Positions 38,764 to 51,030 of a DNA stretch of 64,000 nt are shown piece after piece. Within the stretch, counting starts at the first letter, position 1; every line of letters begins with the position of its first letter. This stretch comes from Octopus sinensis. Lineage: Eukaryota. The translations under genes and the position numbers were made by a program. The stretch covers positions 89,218,001 through 89,282,000 of the forward strand of contig NC_043001.1 in the NCBI RefSeq assembly GCF_006345805.1, given 5' to 3'. The notes under the pieces were generated by a model. The model had not been told where the DNA came from and did no database searches. It was given only the letters and a program-made list of their open reading frames with translations.

Positions 38764-38910
38764 ACCTATCCATTCTTGTTGCTTCTTTCTCGCTTATAAT
38801 CACCCCTCATTACTGTATTGTTAAAACAGTACAGTTTTTTTTGGTGCATCTAAGTTAGGTACCATATTCAAGTAAATTCATTTAAATTAACTTGAATCTT
38901 TATTGCTTTT

Positions 38911-38960
<50 letters not shown>

Positions 38961-39116
38961 CATATATAAATATATATTATATACATGCATATATGTGTGG
39001 TATATATATATATATATATATATATATAACAGAGTGATTCAAGGTCTGAGAGTTTCATGCATTGGCACTTATTGAACTAGTCACAGGTTGAAGGCCTGTG
39101 AGTTTATATACCTATA

Positions 39117-39161
<45 letters not shown>

Positions 39162-39179
39162 TATATATACACACACACA

Positions 39180-39182
39180 CAC

Positions 39183-39215
<33 letters not shown>

Positions 39216-39760
39216 TATCATTATCATCACCACCTTTGTTGTCTAATGTTTCTTTTGCCAAGCTGTTACAGTTGGACACTTCTACAGTTACCAACAAGCC
39301 AAAGGTCTGCTCTGAGCCCCAGTGTCTGCTTTAGCATGGTTTCTCTGGCTGGATACCCTATCCAATGCCAACTACTTTACAGAGTGTACTGGGTTCTTTT
39401 CTGATCATGGCATTGGCATTAATGAAGTCACCAAGTACTTGCAAGCCAAGACCCTCTCATGTGACTAGGTTATAGTACTGAAGGAGATAAAAGTATGATA
39501 GAACAGATGTCTTGCTGAAGAGGGGATACATGGCTCTGATGTAGCCTGGAGAGCTATAATACATAGAAGACTGATAACTGAACCCTGATAAACTCCTACT
39601 TGCACTCTAAATTCATCACTGTACTCATCATTAACTCTCTCCTTACTGACAACATCCTTGTACAGGGCTTGAAATGCTCTCACCAGTCATTCATTTATGA
39701 GCCTAGCTTTCACAACGAACACCAGATCAGGATGCAAGGGACAATGGCAAAGGCTTTCCC
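39180..39760 (-). mobile_element. Old internally deleted RTE copy (RT fragment plus 3' tail)
   Basis: ALYKDVVSKERVNDEYSDEFRVQVGVYQGSVIS lies next to the shared 3' tail and (ATC)n. Confidence 0.75.
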
Positions 39761-39951
39761 CAGATTGTTGAATGCCGAATTACAGTGGTTTACTTTTGGC
39801 TAAATACTTCTATAATCCTGTAGCAACTTTACTAGAAAGATAACATCAATAGTACTTTCCCCAGCACAAAAACAGCCTGCACTCCATCTCAGCTAACTTT
39901 CCTATGCATAGACACACACACATGCATGCACACACACACACACACACACAC

Positions 39952-39987
<36 letters not shown>

Positions 39988-40387
39988 AACACACACACAA
40001 ACACACACACACACGTATGCACATACACACACTCACACATACACATACACACTCATGTGCGTACATTCATATACATTAGTGAGTGGATGAAAGCAAAATA
40101 AGCTTTGTATAACTAACACAGAACAGTGCTCAAATGAATGGGGACTTAAAACTTCAGCCTCTTCATCCAGGGCCATCACCTCTGCATTGAAAGTTAGCTA
40201 ACTTTACATAATTCTGTTCTTTTTTCTGTAACCTATATTTTGTGCTCCATGTAAACATACATCTCATGCCTACCTGTATTTATCTGGCCTTTCTACCTAC
40301 ATATAAATTAAATAAATACATATATATATACTTAATTTTTGTATCTGGTTTGCAAGATTCTTTATGTGAATTTGTGTTTTGAAACAA

Positions 40388-40652
40388 ATTTTGTTGTGTC
40401 TAGAGAGAGTCATCATGCCAATATAATTAACACATGCACTGGTTCAATTCCACTCATTTATTAAATATCCCACTAATATTATTATTATTATTATTTTTAT
40501 TTTTTGTCTTTGTCAAAGCTCTTTACTAAGTCATTGAGACAGTTGCAAAAAGCAATGAAAGAGCTTTGACAAAAACAAGAAAAAATTGGATATTTAATAA
40601 ATGAGTGGAACTGAACCAGTGGTATGATGACTCTCTCTAGACACAACAAAAT
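40388..40652. repeat. Fold-back element (imperfect ~265-bp palindrome)
   Basis: TTTTGTTGTGTCTAGAGAGAGTCATCAT..CACTGGTTCA.TTCCACTCATTTATTAAATATCC..TTTGTCAAAGCTCTTT is mirrored on the right side around a ~33-nt centre. Confidence 0.85.
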
Positions 40653-41057
40653 ATATCGTTGCTATTATGCAAAAGTGTTGTAAGTTTAAAACATTGCTTT
40701 TTCAGAAAACGAAAAAGTAGTTTCACCATTCTATTTCTTTTTACATTAGCAACAGTTTCAGCTTAGCAATAATACTTTGTTGGGTGCATAAAATCGTAAC
40801 TCCATGCATGTATGATATTTTCAGTCAGAAATATTTTTGCAAAACTCTGATATGTGGGGCTTACTACACTTTTGAAAAATGCTAAACTTTGACAATTTCA
40901 TCTGAAGCAGTTGGAGATACGATAGTTTGACCAAAAGAACTGGCTATTGCAAGCAAAATTAAATATTAAAAAAAAAAAGCATTTGGCCAAATTTGGACAT
41001 AGGACAGTTTAACATAATAGCAACTATATGTATCTATGTGTATGTATATATATATGC

Positions 41058-41097
<40 letters not shown>

Positions 41098-41101
<4 letters not shown>

Positions 41102-41234
41102 CTCATGGCTGGCTATATATATATATCATTTAAAAAATGATGATGATGATGATGATATATATATATATATATATCATCATCATCATCATCATCATTGTTT
41201 AAACGATATATATATATAGCCAGCCATGAGCTGT
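41098..41234. repeat. Near-perfect 137-bp palindrome centred on (TA)n
   Basis: ACAGCTCATGGCTGGC(TA)nTC..(TGA)n(TA)n(TCA)n..GA(TA)nGCCAGCCATGAGCTGT. Confidence 0.9.
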
Positions 41235-41680
41235 CAACTCACTTTGCTATTTATTCTAAATATACAGTTTTCTAGTCTCAGATTTTAGTTGAGGATAAGG
41301 AGATAAATAAATTGGAAATGGATTACATCCCTATGACCCCTACTGTGTTCCATACTACTCTAAAAAAATTGTAGTCTGTTCTCTTAGCTATTCCTGCTTC
41401 AATAGCAACATGTTAAAATATTTGAGAAAATTATAGTAATGTATCTTATTTGTTGAAATTCCATATTTGTGCAGCTGAAGATAGCGCTGTATTTAAAAAT
41501 TGATGTAATGATTGCATTGTTCAATTAAATGGAGCCTCTTGAAATGGTCATGCTGCATTATTACTTGAAATCCTGTTACTTATCTTGATTTTATTCACCT
41601 TACTTCAAGCTGTGTGGATAATACCAGACTGACTTGTTGCTTCAATTTAATTATATAATTCAACTGAATCTTAATTACTT

Positions 41681-41715
<35 letters not shown>

Positions 41716-41726
41716 ACTGTACATAT

Positions 41727-41792
<66 letters not shown>

Positions 41793-41819
41793 CATGTATA
41801 CTTATATTGTTTATTGCAG

Positions 41820-41957
41820 AGGACATCAGCTCATTCTTCACCAATACAGAGAAAATCAAGATAATATATCGCTATCTCTGTGCTCTTCGTGCCCAGCAAT
41901 CTGACACCCATATCCCTGGATATCCAAATGCAAAACTCTACCCTGGCAAAAGTTTAT
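41820..41957 (+). CDS. ANO10: Anoctamin-10 coding exon B (EDISSFFTNTEKIKIIYRYLCALRAQQSDTHIPGYPNAKLYPGKSL)
   Basis: ttattgcAG / T|GTAAGT; 138 nt, phase 1 to 1. Contains the ANO10 motif IPGYPxAKLYPGKS. Confidence 0.95.
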
Positions 41958-42591
41958 GTAAGTTCTGTATATTTGTTCCAATGTGTTTGTGCGTGTGTGT
42001 GAGAGAGAGAGAAAGAGACAGAGACAGACAGATATAGGGTGAAAGAGAGAGAGAGAGTTTGTGTCTGGATATGGCTATATAGTTACACATACATACATAT
42101 TTGTATGTGTGTGTGTCTATGAAACTACAGAAGTGTGTGTGTATGTGTGTGTGATTGGTGTGCCAAAACTAATGTAAAAATGGGCTTAACTTTTTAACAA
42201 ACTATGTGCACATATGATTGTTGTACTTGAAATAAAAGTAGGCCTCACTTTTCTGAGTGTGTATAATGATTGTACTAAAAGTAATGCATAAATGAGTGAA
42301 ATTTTTCAGTGTGTGCAAACAGCAGACATCCTGAAAGTAATGCATAAATCAGCTTAACCTTTTTGTCTGCACATATAATAGCTGTACCAAAACTAATACA
42401 AAACTGGGCTTAACTGTTTAGCAAATTATTGTGAGCGTGTATATATGTGCAAGAATGCATGTGTGTGTTTGTATGTGTGCATGTGTGCGTGTACAAGGAT
42501 TGTACCGTAAAGTAATGCAAATGTGGGTTTCACATTGTAGCAAAAGCAATAAAAAAGTGGGTTTGACTTTTTAACAAACTTTGTGTGTGTT

Positions 42592-42638
<47 letters not shown>

Positions 42639-42721
42639 TGTATTCAAAGAGATATGAAGACTTGCATTTAACAATGGAACAAATGAATCACTTACAATTG
42701 AGACTATCTTGAGCTGTACTT

Positions 42722-44385
42722 TTATCATCATCATCATCATCATCGTTTAGCGTCCGTTTTCCATGCTAGCATGGGTTGGACGGTTCTACTGGGGTCTGTG
42801 AAGCCAGAAGGCTTCATCAGGCCCAGTCAAATCTGGCAGTGTTTCTACGGCTGGATGCCCTTCCTAACGCCAACCACTCCGTGAGTGTAGTGGGTGCTTT
42901 TTACGTGCCACCCGCACTGGTGCCAGACAGAGCTGGCAAACGGCCACGAACGGATGGTGCTTTTTATGTGCCACGGCACGAGGGCCAGGCGAGGCTGGCA
43001 ACGGACACGAAATGGGGCGGTGCTGGCAACGGTCGCGAAACGGAAAGTTCTCTTACATGCCACCGGCACTGGTAACACATCTGCAATTTCCATTGATCGA
43101 TTTCCATTGATCGATTTCCATTGATCGATTTCGATTCTGATCGTCACTTGCCTCAACGGGTCTTCACAAGCAGAGTTTTGACATGCCACCAGCACTGGTA
43201 GCACATCCGCAATTTCCATTGATCGATTTTGATTCTGATCCTCACTTGCCTCATCACGTCTTCACAAGTAGAGTTTTGTGTCCCAAGAAGGGAAGGTATG
43301 CATACGTAGGCTGGCTCCATCCCATGTAGAAGGCCACGGGTTATGGACTCACTTGTCCTGCCGGGTCTTCTCGCGCACAGCACACTTCCAGAGGTCTCGG
43401 TCTCTAGTCATTTCCTCAGTGAGACCTAAAGTTCGAAGGTCGTGCTTCACCACCTCGTCCCAGGTTTTCCTGGGTCTGCCTCTTCCACAGGTTCCCTCAA
43501 CCGCTAGGGTGTGGCACTTTTTCACACAACTATCTTCATCCATTCTCGCCACATGACCATACCAGCGCAAACGTCTCTCTTGCACACCACAACTGATGCT
43601 TCTTAGGTCCAGCTTTTCTCTCAAGGTACTTACACTCTGCCGAGTGTGAGTACCGGCATTACACATCCATCGGAGCATACTGGCTTCATTTCTAGCGAGC
43701 TTACGCATATCCTCAGCAGTCACGGCCCATGTTTCACTGCCATGTAGCATGGCTGTTCGTACACACGCATCATACAGTCTGCCTTTCACTCTGTGCGAGA
43801 GGCCTTTTGTCACCAGCAGAGGTAAGAGCTCTCTGAACTTTGCCCAAGCTATTCTTACTCTAGCAGTTACACTTTCAGCACACCCGCCCCCGCTGCTGAC
43901 TTGGTCACCTAGGTAACGGAAACTATCAACTATTTCTAGTTTTTCTCCCTGGAAAGTGACGGAAGTTGGTCTCAGAGCATTTTCAGTGTTTATTGTTCCT
44001 GAGCATCTGCCACATACAAAAACCATCTTCCTAGTTAGCCTTCCTTTGACATTGCTGCATCTCTTATGTGTCCATAGCTTACACTTGGTGCATCTTATAG
44101 AGTTTCTACCTACACCTTTTCTACAGATCGAGCAGGGCCATCTACCTGAAGGTGTTTGTGATTTGTCTACCTTCCTACTGATTACGACTTTGGTTTTAGC
44201 TAGATTGACTCTGAGGCCCTTCGATTCTAATCCTTGTTTCCACACCTGAAACTTCTCCTCCAGTTCTGATAGCGACTCAGCAATTAGAGCAAGGTCATCA
44301 GCATAGAGGAGCTCCCAAGGGCATCCTGTCTTGAATTCCTCCGTTATTGCCTGGAGGACTATGATAAATAGGAGGAATAATAATA
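42722..44385 (-). mobile_element. RTE LINE, 5'-truncated young copy (same family as 12668-16150)
   Basis: Open frame from FIIVLQAITEEFK through YADD, the PHD-like insert, FRYLG and RLRWYGHVARM to the stop. Complete 3' UTR ending in (GAT)n. Confidence 0.95.
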
Positions 44386-44389
44386 AAAC

Positions 44390-44474
<85 letters not shown>

Positions 44475-45158
44475 TGTGTACAGTGCTCAGGTGCACTACA
44501 ACTCATCTAAAGTGTATATATAATCAGGTGTAGTTATATAGAGAAAGAGTTTCTCTATCGACAGATGTAACTTGATGTAATAAAAAGCTATGTCCACTTT
44601 TGTATTACTTTTGATACGACCTTGTGTGCCTCTGTGTGTGTGTGTGTTCTATCTTGGGAGGGTCATTTGACCAATAAGAAATACACTCACTGGTTCTATT
44701 TCACTTCTTTTTATTATTATTAATCAACTAAAGGCAGTGAACTAGCAGAATCATTAGTAGGAAGGGCAAAATGCTTAATGGCATTTCATCTGCCATTACA
44801 TTCTAAGTTCAAATTCTGCCAAGGTCAACTTAGCCTTTCATCTTTCCAGGGTTGATAAAATAAGTACTAGTTGAATAGTGGGGTCAGGATAATTAACTTA
44901 CCCCAACTCTGATCTTACTGGCCTTGTGCTAAAATTTGAAACCATCATTATTAATCAACTAATTTGGCATTTCTTTCAGCTCTTTAGAGTCTGAGTTCAG
45001 ATGCTTCCAAGGTAGACTTTACCTTTTACTTTTTCAGCGTTTATAAAATAAGAAACCATTCATCCTTGGGGTGATGTAATCAACTTCACCCTCCCCTCAA
45101 AATTCCTGGTCTTGCGCTAAAATTTGATAGACTTATTTATCAACTATTTAACCAATTA

Positions 45159-45339
45159 CCATATTTTAATGTGTATAAGGAACCTTCATGTATAAGGAAC
45201 CCCCTAATTTTGGGGGCTTAAAATTTGGAAAAAACTGGTTTTGTAAGGGATTATAATACTATCCATATAAGAAACTCCCATATTTTTTAAACCTAATTTT
45301 TGACAAAAAATGGTTCTTTTTATACACGTTAAAATACGG
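45159..45339. mobile_element. pogo/Tigger-type MITE (181 bp)
   Basis: TA|CCATATTTTAATGTGTATAA ... TTATACACGTTAAAATACGG|TA; ~20-bp TIRs with TA TSD. Confidence 0.75.
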
Positions 45340-45345
45340 TAACTC

Positions 45346-45793
45346 TGTGATGTAAAGGAAGGAAAAGATGGAAGCGAAGAGAGAATTACGGTAGTCTTAC
45401 CTGTCGGTCCAGAAAAAGGGTCACTTTCAACATTCGTGTGCTGTCTCAATCTCCAAGGTTCACTCCATGTCCACTATCCATCACTGTACAGTCTCACACG
45501 TCTGCTCTGATGTGCTGTCCACCACCAACTGGCCCCTCATGCTTCGCTGATGCCGCATGTCCACCGCGGCACTTCCGGTGGGATCCACAGGCCCCACTTC
45601 CGACAGGACATGCCTATTCCCTCACTTCCGATCCTTCCCTACAGCACAGCCTGGCTCATAGCACCACAAACTCACTGTCTGCTTGATAAATCAGCCAATC
45701 AATAATCAGCTGGTTTGTCATTGAATAAACATCCCCGATTCTCCTCCTACATCAAAACTGACCCTCAATTGTCAGCTCCAACCACAGTCAACA
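45346..45793 (+). mobile_element. Possible solo LTR
   Basis: GC-richer ~450-bp block, TGTGATGT...ACAGTCAACA termini, AATAAA about 65 nt from the 3' end. No TSD found. Confidence 0.3.
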
Positions 45794-45821
45794 ATAAATA
45801 ACTAACCTCTTTTAATTTCAG

Positions 45822-45941
45822 TACGTAAGTTCAAGAGTGCTGGGATTATTGAGCATGTGTACCCTCTTCATGATGTTGAAAAGTTGAAATTTTTAAAAAC
45901 CAGCTGGGACTGGAAGTCTTTCTTCCGTCAGTTACCCATGG
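45822..45941 (+). CDS. ANO10: Anoctamin-10 coding exon C (LRKFKSAGIIEHVYPLHDVEKLKFLKTSWDWKSFFRQLPM)
   Basis: TAACTAAC branch-point-like motif near 45800, tttaatttcAG / G|GTAAGT; 120 nt, phase 1 to 1. Contains the anoctamin (Y/F)PLHD motif. Confidence 0.93.
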
Positions 45942-46218
45942 GTAAGTATCTAACAATTAAGCTGTCTGTCTCTCTTATCAGTCTATTCTGTTATTCAGTT
46001 ATGTCTCCTGTATGGCTACTCACACACACATATAGCTGAAGCTAGCCAGGGAATCATGATGTGGCTCATAATGTTGGTTTTCGGGATGTTTTTTAAAATG
46101 TTTAATTTGTGTATATTCACCTGATGAAAACGTTTTTTTCCGCATGATGTAATAATTCTATTCATCAGCTGTAGTGAATGAACCAATATCCATCTGTTGT
46201 TATTTGTTTATTATATAC

Positions 46219-46251
<33 letters not shown>

Positions 46252-46608
46252 TATATATATATGTATATATATTATATACACACACATTGATGGTAGTCTC
46301 TTGTGGTCGAAGAAAGACAGTTCTGCAATTTCTTGCAGAACAACCAGTGTGAATGATTTATTTATAGTGACCAAAGGCATGTATGGGCATTAGCTTAATC
46401 CTTCCATCAAATCAATGTTGCATGTGCATGGTGTACTATACATCAGCTGCCAAAGCAATCGCAGAGCAACTTGAGATGAAGTGTTTTGTTCAAGAACACA
46501 ACACACCACCTAGTCCAGGCATTGAAACCATGATCTCACAATCTTAAGTGCAACACCCCAGCCACTAGACCATGCATCTTCACATGCACACACTCCTACC
46601 TACCTACC

Positions 46609-46666
<58 letters not shown>

Positions 46667-46699
46667 CTGTATGTATATGTATATATCTATATATATATA

Positions 46700-46850
46700 T
46701 GGAACACATGGAAGAGGGAAGCTCAAGAAGACATGGGACAAGTACTAAAAGATGGCCTCTGGATGCTGAACCTCTCAGATGAGATGAAAAAGGACTGAGA
46801 TATCTCATGCCTTGCTATGTCCAGGAGGACTCATCCTCAACACCAATAGT
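46700..46850 (+). mobile_element. RTE C-terminal remnant
   Basis: GRGKLKKTWD...LKDGLWMLNLSDEM resembles the GRGRPRKTWDEVVKHDLRTLGLTEEM end of the RTE copies. Confidence 0.55.
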
Positions 46851-47053
46851 GTTAAGGCCATTCCTCCTGGTGAAGAGGATTGGCCTGCACAAGTCATGTG
46901 CTGGTGTCACTTAAAAAGCACTTATCCTGTTGCTATGTTGATAGGTTCTATTCTCCTGCCTCTGATTGAGTCTTAAAAAAAAGTTATTCATTTTAAAAAC
47001 TAATTTCTCCACACGCTGTAACCAATTCATATCTTTTTCCTTTCTCATTACAG

Positions 47054-47626
47054 ATGACATCAGAGCTTACTTTGGAGAGAAACTGGCCCTTTACTTCTCG
47101 TTCCTTATCGTCTACACCTATGCTCTCATTGCTCCAGCTATCATTGGCATCATCTATTTAATCACCAGTTGGAATAACATCTACCGAGAAGCTATCTTTG
47201 CTGTTTTCAACCTCATTTGGACAACCATCTTTTTAGAGTTCTGGAAGCGATTCTGTTCAGAACTTACTTTTAAATGGGGCACCCTAAATGAAGTGGTAGA
47301 AACTGAGGAACCTCGTCCAAGCTTCCATGGAGTTTTAGGCACCAACCCTGTGACAGGCCATCCCGAGCCAGTCTATCCTAAGTGGAAACGACAACTGCGA
47401 TTTTATGGTGTCACAGTTCCAGTTATATTGTTATGCCTGCTCATTGCCTTTGAAGCGATGTTATTGTATTTCCAAATGCAGGATTGGGCAAACCTTCTCT
47501 ATGAAAAAGACCCGAGTTACCTGAATTATGCCAATATGATGTGTTTCCCCAGCATTGTCTATGCTGTTGCTGTGACTATCATGAATACCTTGTATAACAT
47601 ACTTATCAAGAAGCTTAATGATTATG
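47054..47626 (+). CDS. ANO10: Anoctamin-10 coding exon D (DDIRAYFGEKLALYF...WKR...EEPRPSFHG...IKKLNDY), TM1-TM4 region
   Basis: ctcattacAG / G|GTAAGA; 573 nt, phase 1 to 1. Contains the anoctamin motifs IRxYFGExxALYF, FLEFWKR, WGT, EEPRPxFHG. Confidence 0.97.
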
Positions 47627-48959
47627 GTAAGACTGTTGTGATAAATAATGCCCCTTGTGTTGGGAACTGTTCTGTAGAATTTATTGGTGGTAAACCTTGT
47701 GTTTTATTGTAGCAGACACTTTCTTCGGTAGCAATATAGAAACTTTACTATTCTATTTGACCCATGCAAGCATGGAAAAGTATACATTAAAACAATGATG
47801 ATGTTGATGCCGATGATGGTATCAGAACACCTTACTGAATTTTTTTTTCCATCTTGTGAGAAGCCTTGTAATATTTTGTGGGAACTTACCTTTACCATAT
47901 GTGTATATTCATAATTTTGTGGAGTTCTGAGTTTACATTTCTTTTTTTTTTAGTTAGGAGGAAGAAGGGTAGATGCTCATAAACTTCACAGACTTCATGA
48001 TTAATGAGACTGATATGGTTTGTGTAAGTCATCATCTACAGGGGATGGATGTGAAATGAAGGCAAGAAAAGAATTCCAGAAAGTTAACACAATAAGGAAG
48101 AAAGATTTAGAATAGGGATTAGAGTTGAGCTGGGGAAGAGGCACAGTATGAAGAGAAGAAGCAAAACAGGTGTATCAGATGGGTTTGTTTAAAGGTAGTG
48201 TGGATTCAACTAGTTCAAAGGACAGAAGCCACTGTAATAATAATAAAGCAAACTTAGAGGTGAGACAGTATGTTTGTGGGTCAGATATTGTAGTGTGTTG
48301 TGAGTAAAGATTTGCCAATCAATTCTTTTTGGTGCAGTCTTGAATGTTTGTGTCCATAACAGTAAGCACTGTTCCAGATACAGTAGCATGTCTTGATTGG
48401 TGGGGTATTACTTGAGTAACTACACTCATACATATCCTGAAGGTGGTTACTACAATCATGCCCTGAAGAAGAAGGCAAGTACATGTAGTAACCTGGCATG
48501 TTTGCGCCTCCTTATCAATGTGATACTTGTAAATGAGCACCATACAAATGGTATTCTTCATTTCTAATCTTCCATGAAAGCATGTTTGGCAATGGAGAAA
48601 TATCACCTTGTTTGAAAGCAGATGAGGATTAGCAACAAGAAACATCCATCTGTTAAAAATTTGTCTCAATGGATTTTATCTGACCTATGTACTCATGGAA
48701 AAGTAAATATTGCTTTCAAATTTTGGCACATGGTCAGCAATTTTGGACAAGGAATAGGTCAATTAAATCAATCCCAGTGCTCAACTGGTATTTATTTTAT
48801 CAACTCCAAAAAGATGAAAGGCAAAATTGAACCCAGAAAGTAAAGACAAATGCAATGCCTCTAAGAATTTTGCACTGCATGCTAATGATTCTGCCAGCTT
48901 GCCACCTCAGAAAAGTAAATATAAAAACGACGATGATGATGATGATGATGATATATGTG

Positions 48960-50650
48960 TATATATAACGGGAAGCTTTATGAAAATAGACAAAAGACGA
49001 AGGCAGGTTTACGGAAATAAACAAAAGACGAAGGCAGGTGGAATACAAACAAACAATTGTATTAGTATGGCGCTCAGGAAATATAAATAAAACAAGTCTT
49101 TAACGTTTCGAGCCTACGCTCTTCAACAGAAAGATACACAGAGAAAAAACACAGAAAGAAGGAGAGAGAAAAAATATGCGTGCAGAGGCTAGCGAATCAA
49201 CATGGCGATCTGATTTCGGCCAGAAGTCAAAGATCAAACATGAGACGCAAGAGCGAAATTAGGGGAGATAATAGGGTTGAATGACCTCGCTCCAACATAA
49301 GAGTGTGTGTGTGTGTATGAGAGAGTATTAGTGCGTATGAGAGGTCTGGACGTGTGTATGTATATATGATGTGATGTGTAAAGTCGTATGGTGTAGTGTA
49401 GAGAGAGGAGATGAGGGAAGAGGGGGCAGGTAAGGGGGGAGAGAGGGGGAGAAGAGGAAGGGGGAGAAGAAAGGAGAGGAGAAGAGGAGGGGGAGAAGGG
49501 GGAGAGGAGGAGGGAGGATAGAGGGAGAGGGGGAGAGAGAGAGAAGGGGAGTGAGGGAGCAGAGAGAAAAAGGGAAGGGGAAGAGGGAAGAAGGAGGGAG
49601 GGAGAAAGAGGGAAGAAGGGAAGAGGAGTAGGGGTGAAAGGATGAAGGACTGAAGAGAAGTAGGGGTCGGGGGAAGGTTAGATGAGGAGGGGGGAGAGTT
49701 GAGACCAAATGGCATATAAGAGCGAAGAGAGAAGATTAATTCCTGTTCACGGCACAAACGGGAATCCGGATGGCCTCTGTGTAAGGACAAACCGAACACA
49801 GACAGGTGTTGCAAGGAGCGGAAATGGCGTGAGACCGGTGTGTCGTTTGCAAGGCGGATGTCACGAAGGTGTTCCGCGAACCGGTCAGCCAAGCGGCATC
49901 CCATTTGTCCGATGTACAGGGAATGGCAGAGAGAGCAAGAGACGCAATAGATAATATTGCTGAAGGTGCAGGTGAAGGAGTTGATGATGCGATAGGGTCA
50001 ATGATAGGTGCCAGTGAGGAGGGTGGTGTTGGAGAGGTAAGGGCAAGTGCGGCAATGTGGGCGGGAGCAGGGGAACGAGCCAGGTTGGGAAGTAGGGTCA
50101 GGGAAGGAGCTATGGACCAAAAGGTCTCGACGGTTATGGGCTCGTTTGAAAGAGGGGAGGGGTCGGTTAGGGAAGATGTGTGAAGTGGACGGGTCGGACT
50201 GGAGATGACGGAAAGCTCGAAGAATGGTGTGTTGGAGAGGTAGGGTCGTGGGGTGGTAAGTGAGGGGAAAAGGGAGACGGGAGACTACAGGGCGGGTTCG
50301 GGGAGAGAGAGCAGATACACGGTCCACGGAACGTGCTCTGGTGAGGGCGGTGTGGATAGTGGTGAGGGGGTATCCACGTAGGATGAAGTGGTGAGCCATA
50401 CGTTGAGACTGAGTCTCAAAGTCATGGTCGTCACTACAGAGCCTACGTAGACGGAGGAATTGGGAATAGGGGATGGAAAGCTTGGTGTGTTCTGGGTGGG
50501 AGGAAGAGAAGTTGAGGTATGAGTGTGAGTCTGTGTGTTTATAGTGAATAGAGGTGGTAAGAGTGGAGTGAAGAATGCTAACCGAAATGTCGAGGAAGGA
50601 GACAGAGGTGTTGGAGATAGTGGAAGTGAAGTGGAGGGCTGGATGGAATA
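48960..50650 (-). mobile_element. Penelope-like element: RT thumb, linker, GIY-YIG, 3' UTR and HHR-like terminus
   Basis: VSFLDISV..TSIHYKHTDSHSYLNFSSSHP..SIPYSQFLRLRRLCS..RGYP; CSRPHCRTC; IIYCVSCSLC..YIGQ..RLADRFAEHL; EQELIFSL. The 5' end is cut by an S1 SINE at about 50650. Confidence 0.95.
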
Positions 50651-50844
50651 CCCACAAGGGGCTAAACATAGAGGGGACAAACAAGGACAGACAAAGGGAT
50701 TAAGTCAATTACATCGACCCCAGTGCGTAACTGGTACTTAATTTATCGACCCCGAAAGGATGAAAGGCAAAGTCGACCTCAGCTGAATTTGAACCCAGAA
50801 CACGTAACGGCAGACGAAATACGGCTACGCATTTCACCCGGCGT

Positions 50845-50992
50845 GTGTATATACATGTGTGTTTCCGTGTGTGTGTTATTTAATGTAAATACCTCTTGGA
50901 AAGCAAATTTACAGCAGCATTTGTTAGGGGATACATTTTAAGGATATACTGTGTTTAAAAACACAATATACATGTGTATATACATGTGTGTG

Positions 50993-51030
<38 letters not shown>

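Larger units (their letters stand above)
36977..38793 (+). mobile_element. PLE-type element with perfect 219-bp inverted terminal repeats, each carrying a hammerhead motif
   Basis: 36977-37195 is the exact reverse complement of 38575-38793. The left arm abuts (TA)n. An internal CT-rich tract (37950-38140) resembles other PLE 3' UTRs in the window. Confidence 0.75.

Noticed and set aside
46966-47712. The 248-aa ORF as a single-exon gene
   Set aside because: Only 47054-47626 is exonic. The flanks are intronic read-through beyond clear AG and GT sites.
49709-50183. Plus-strand ORFs of 81 and 104 aa
   Set aside because: They are antisense shadows of the GC-rich PLE coding region.
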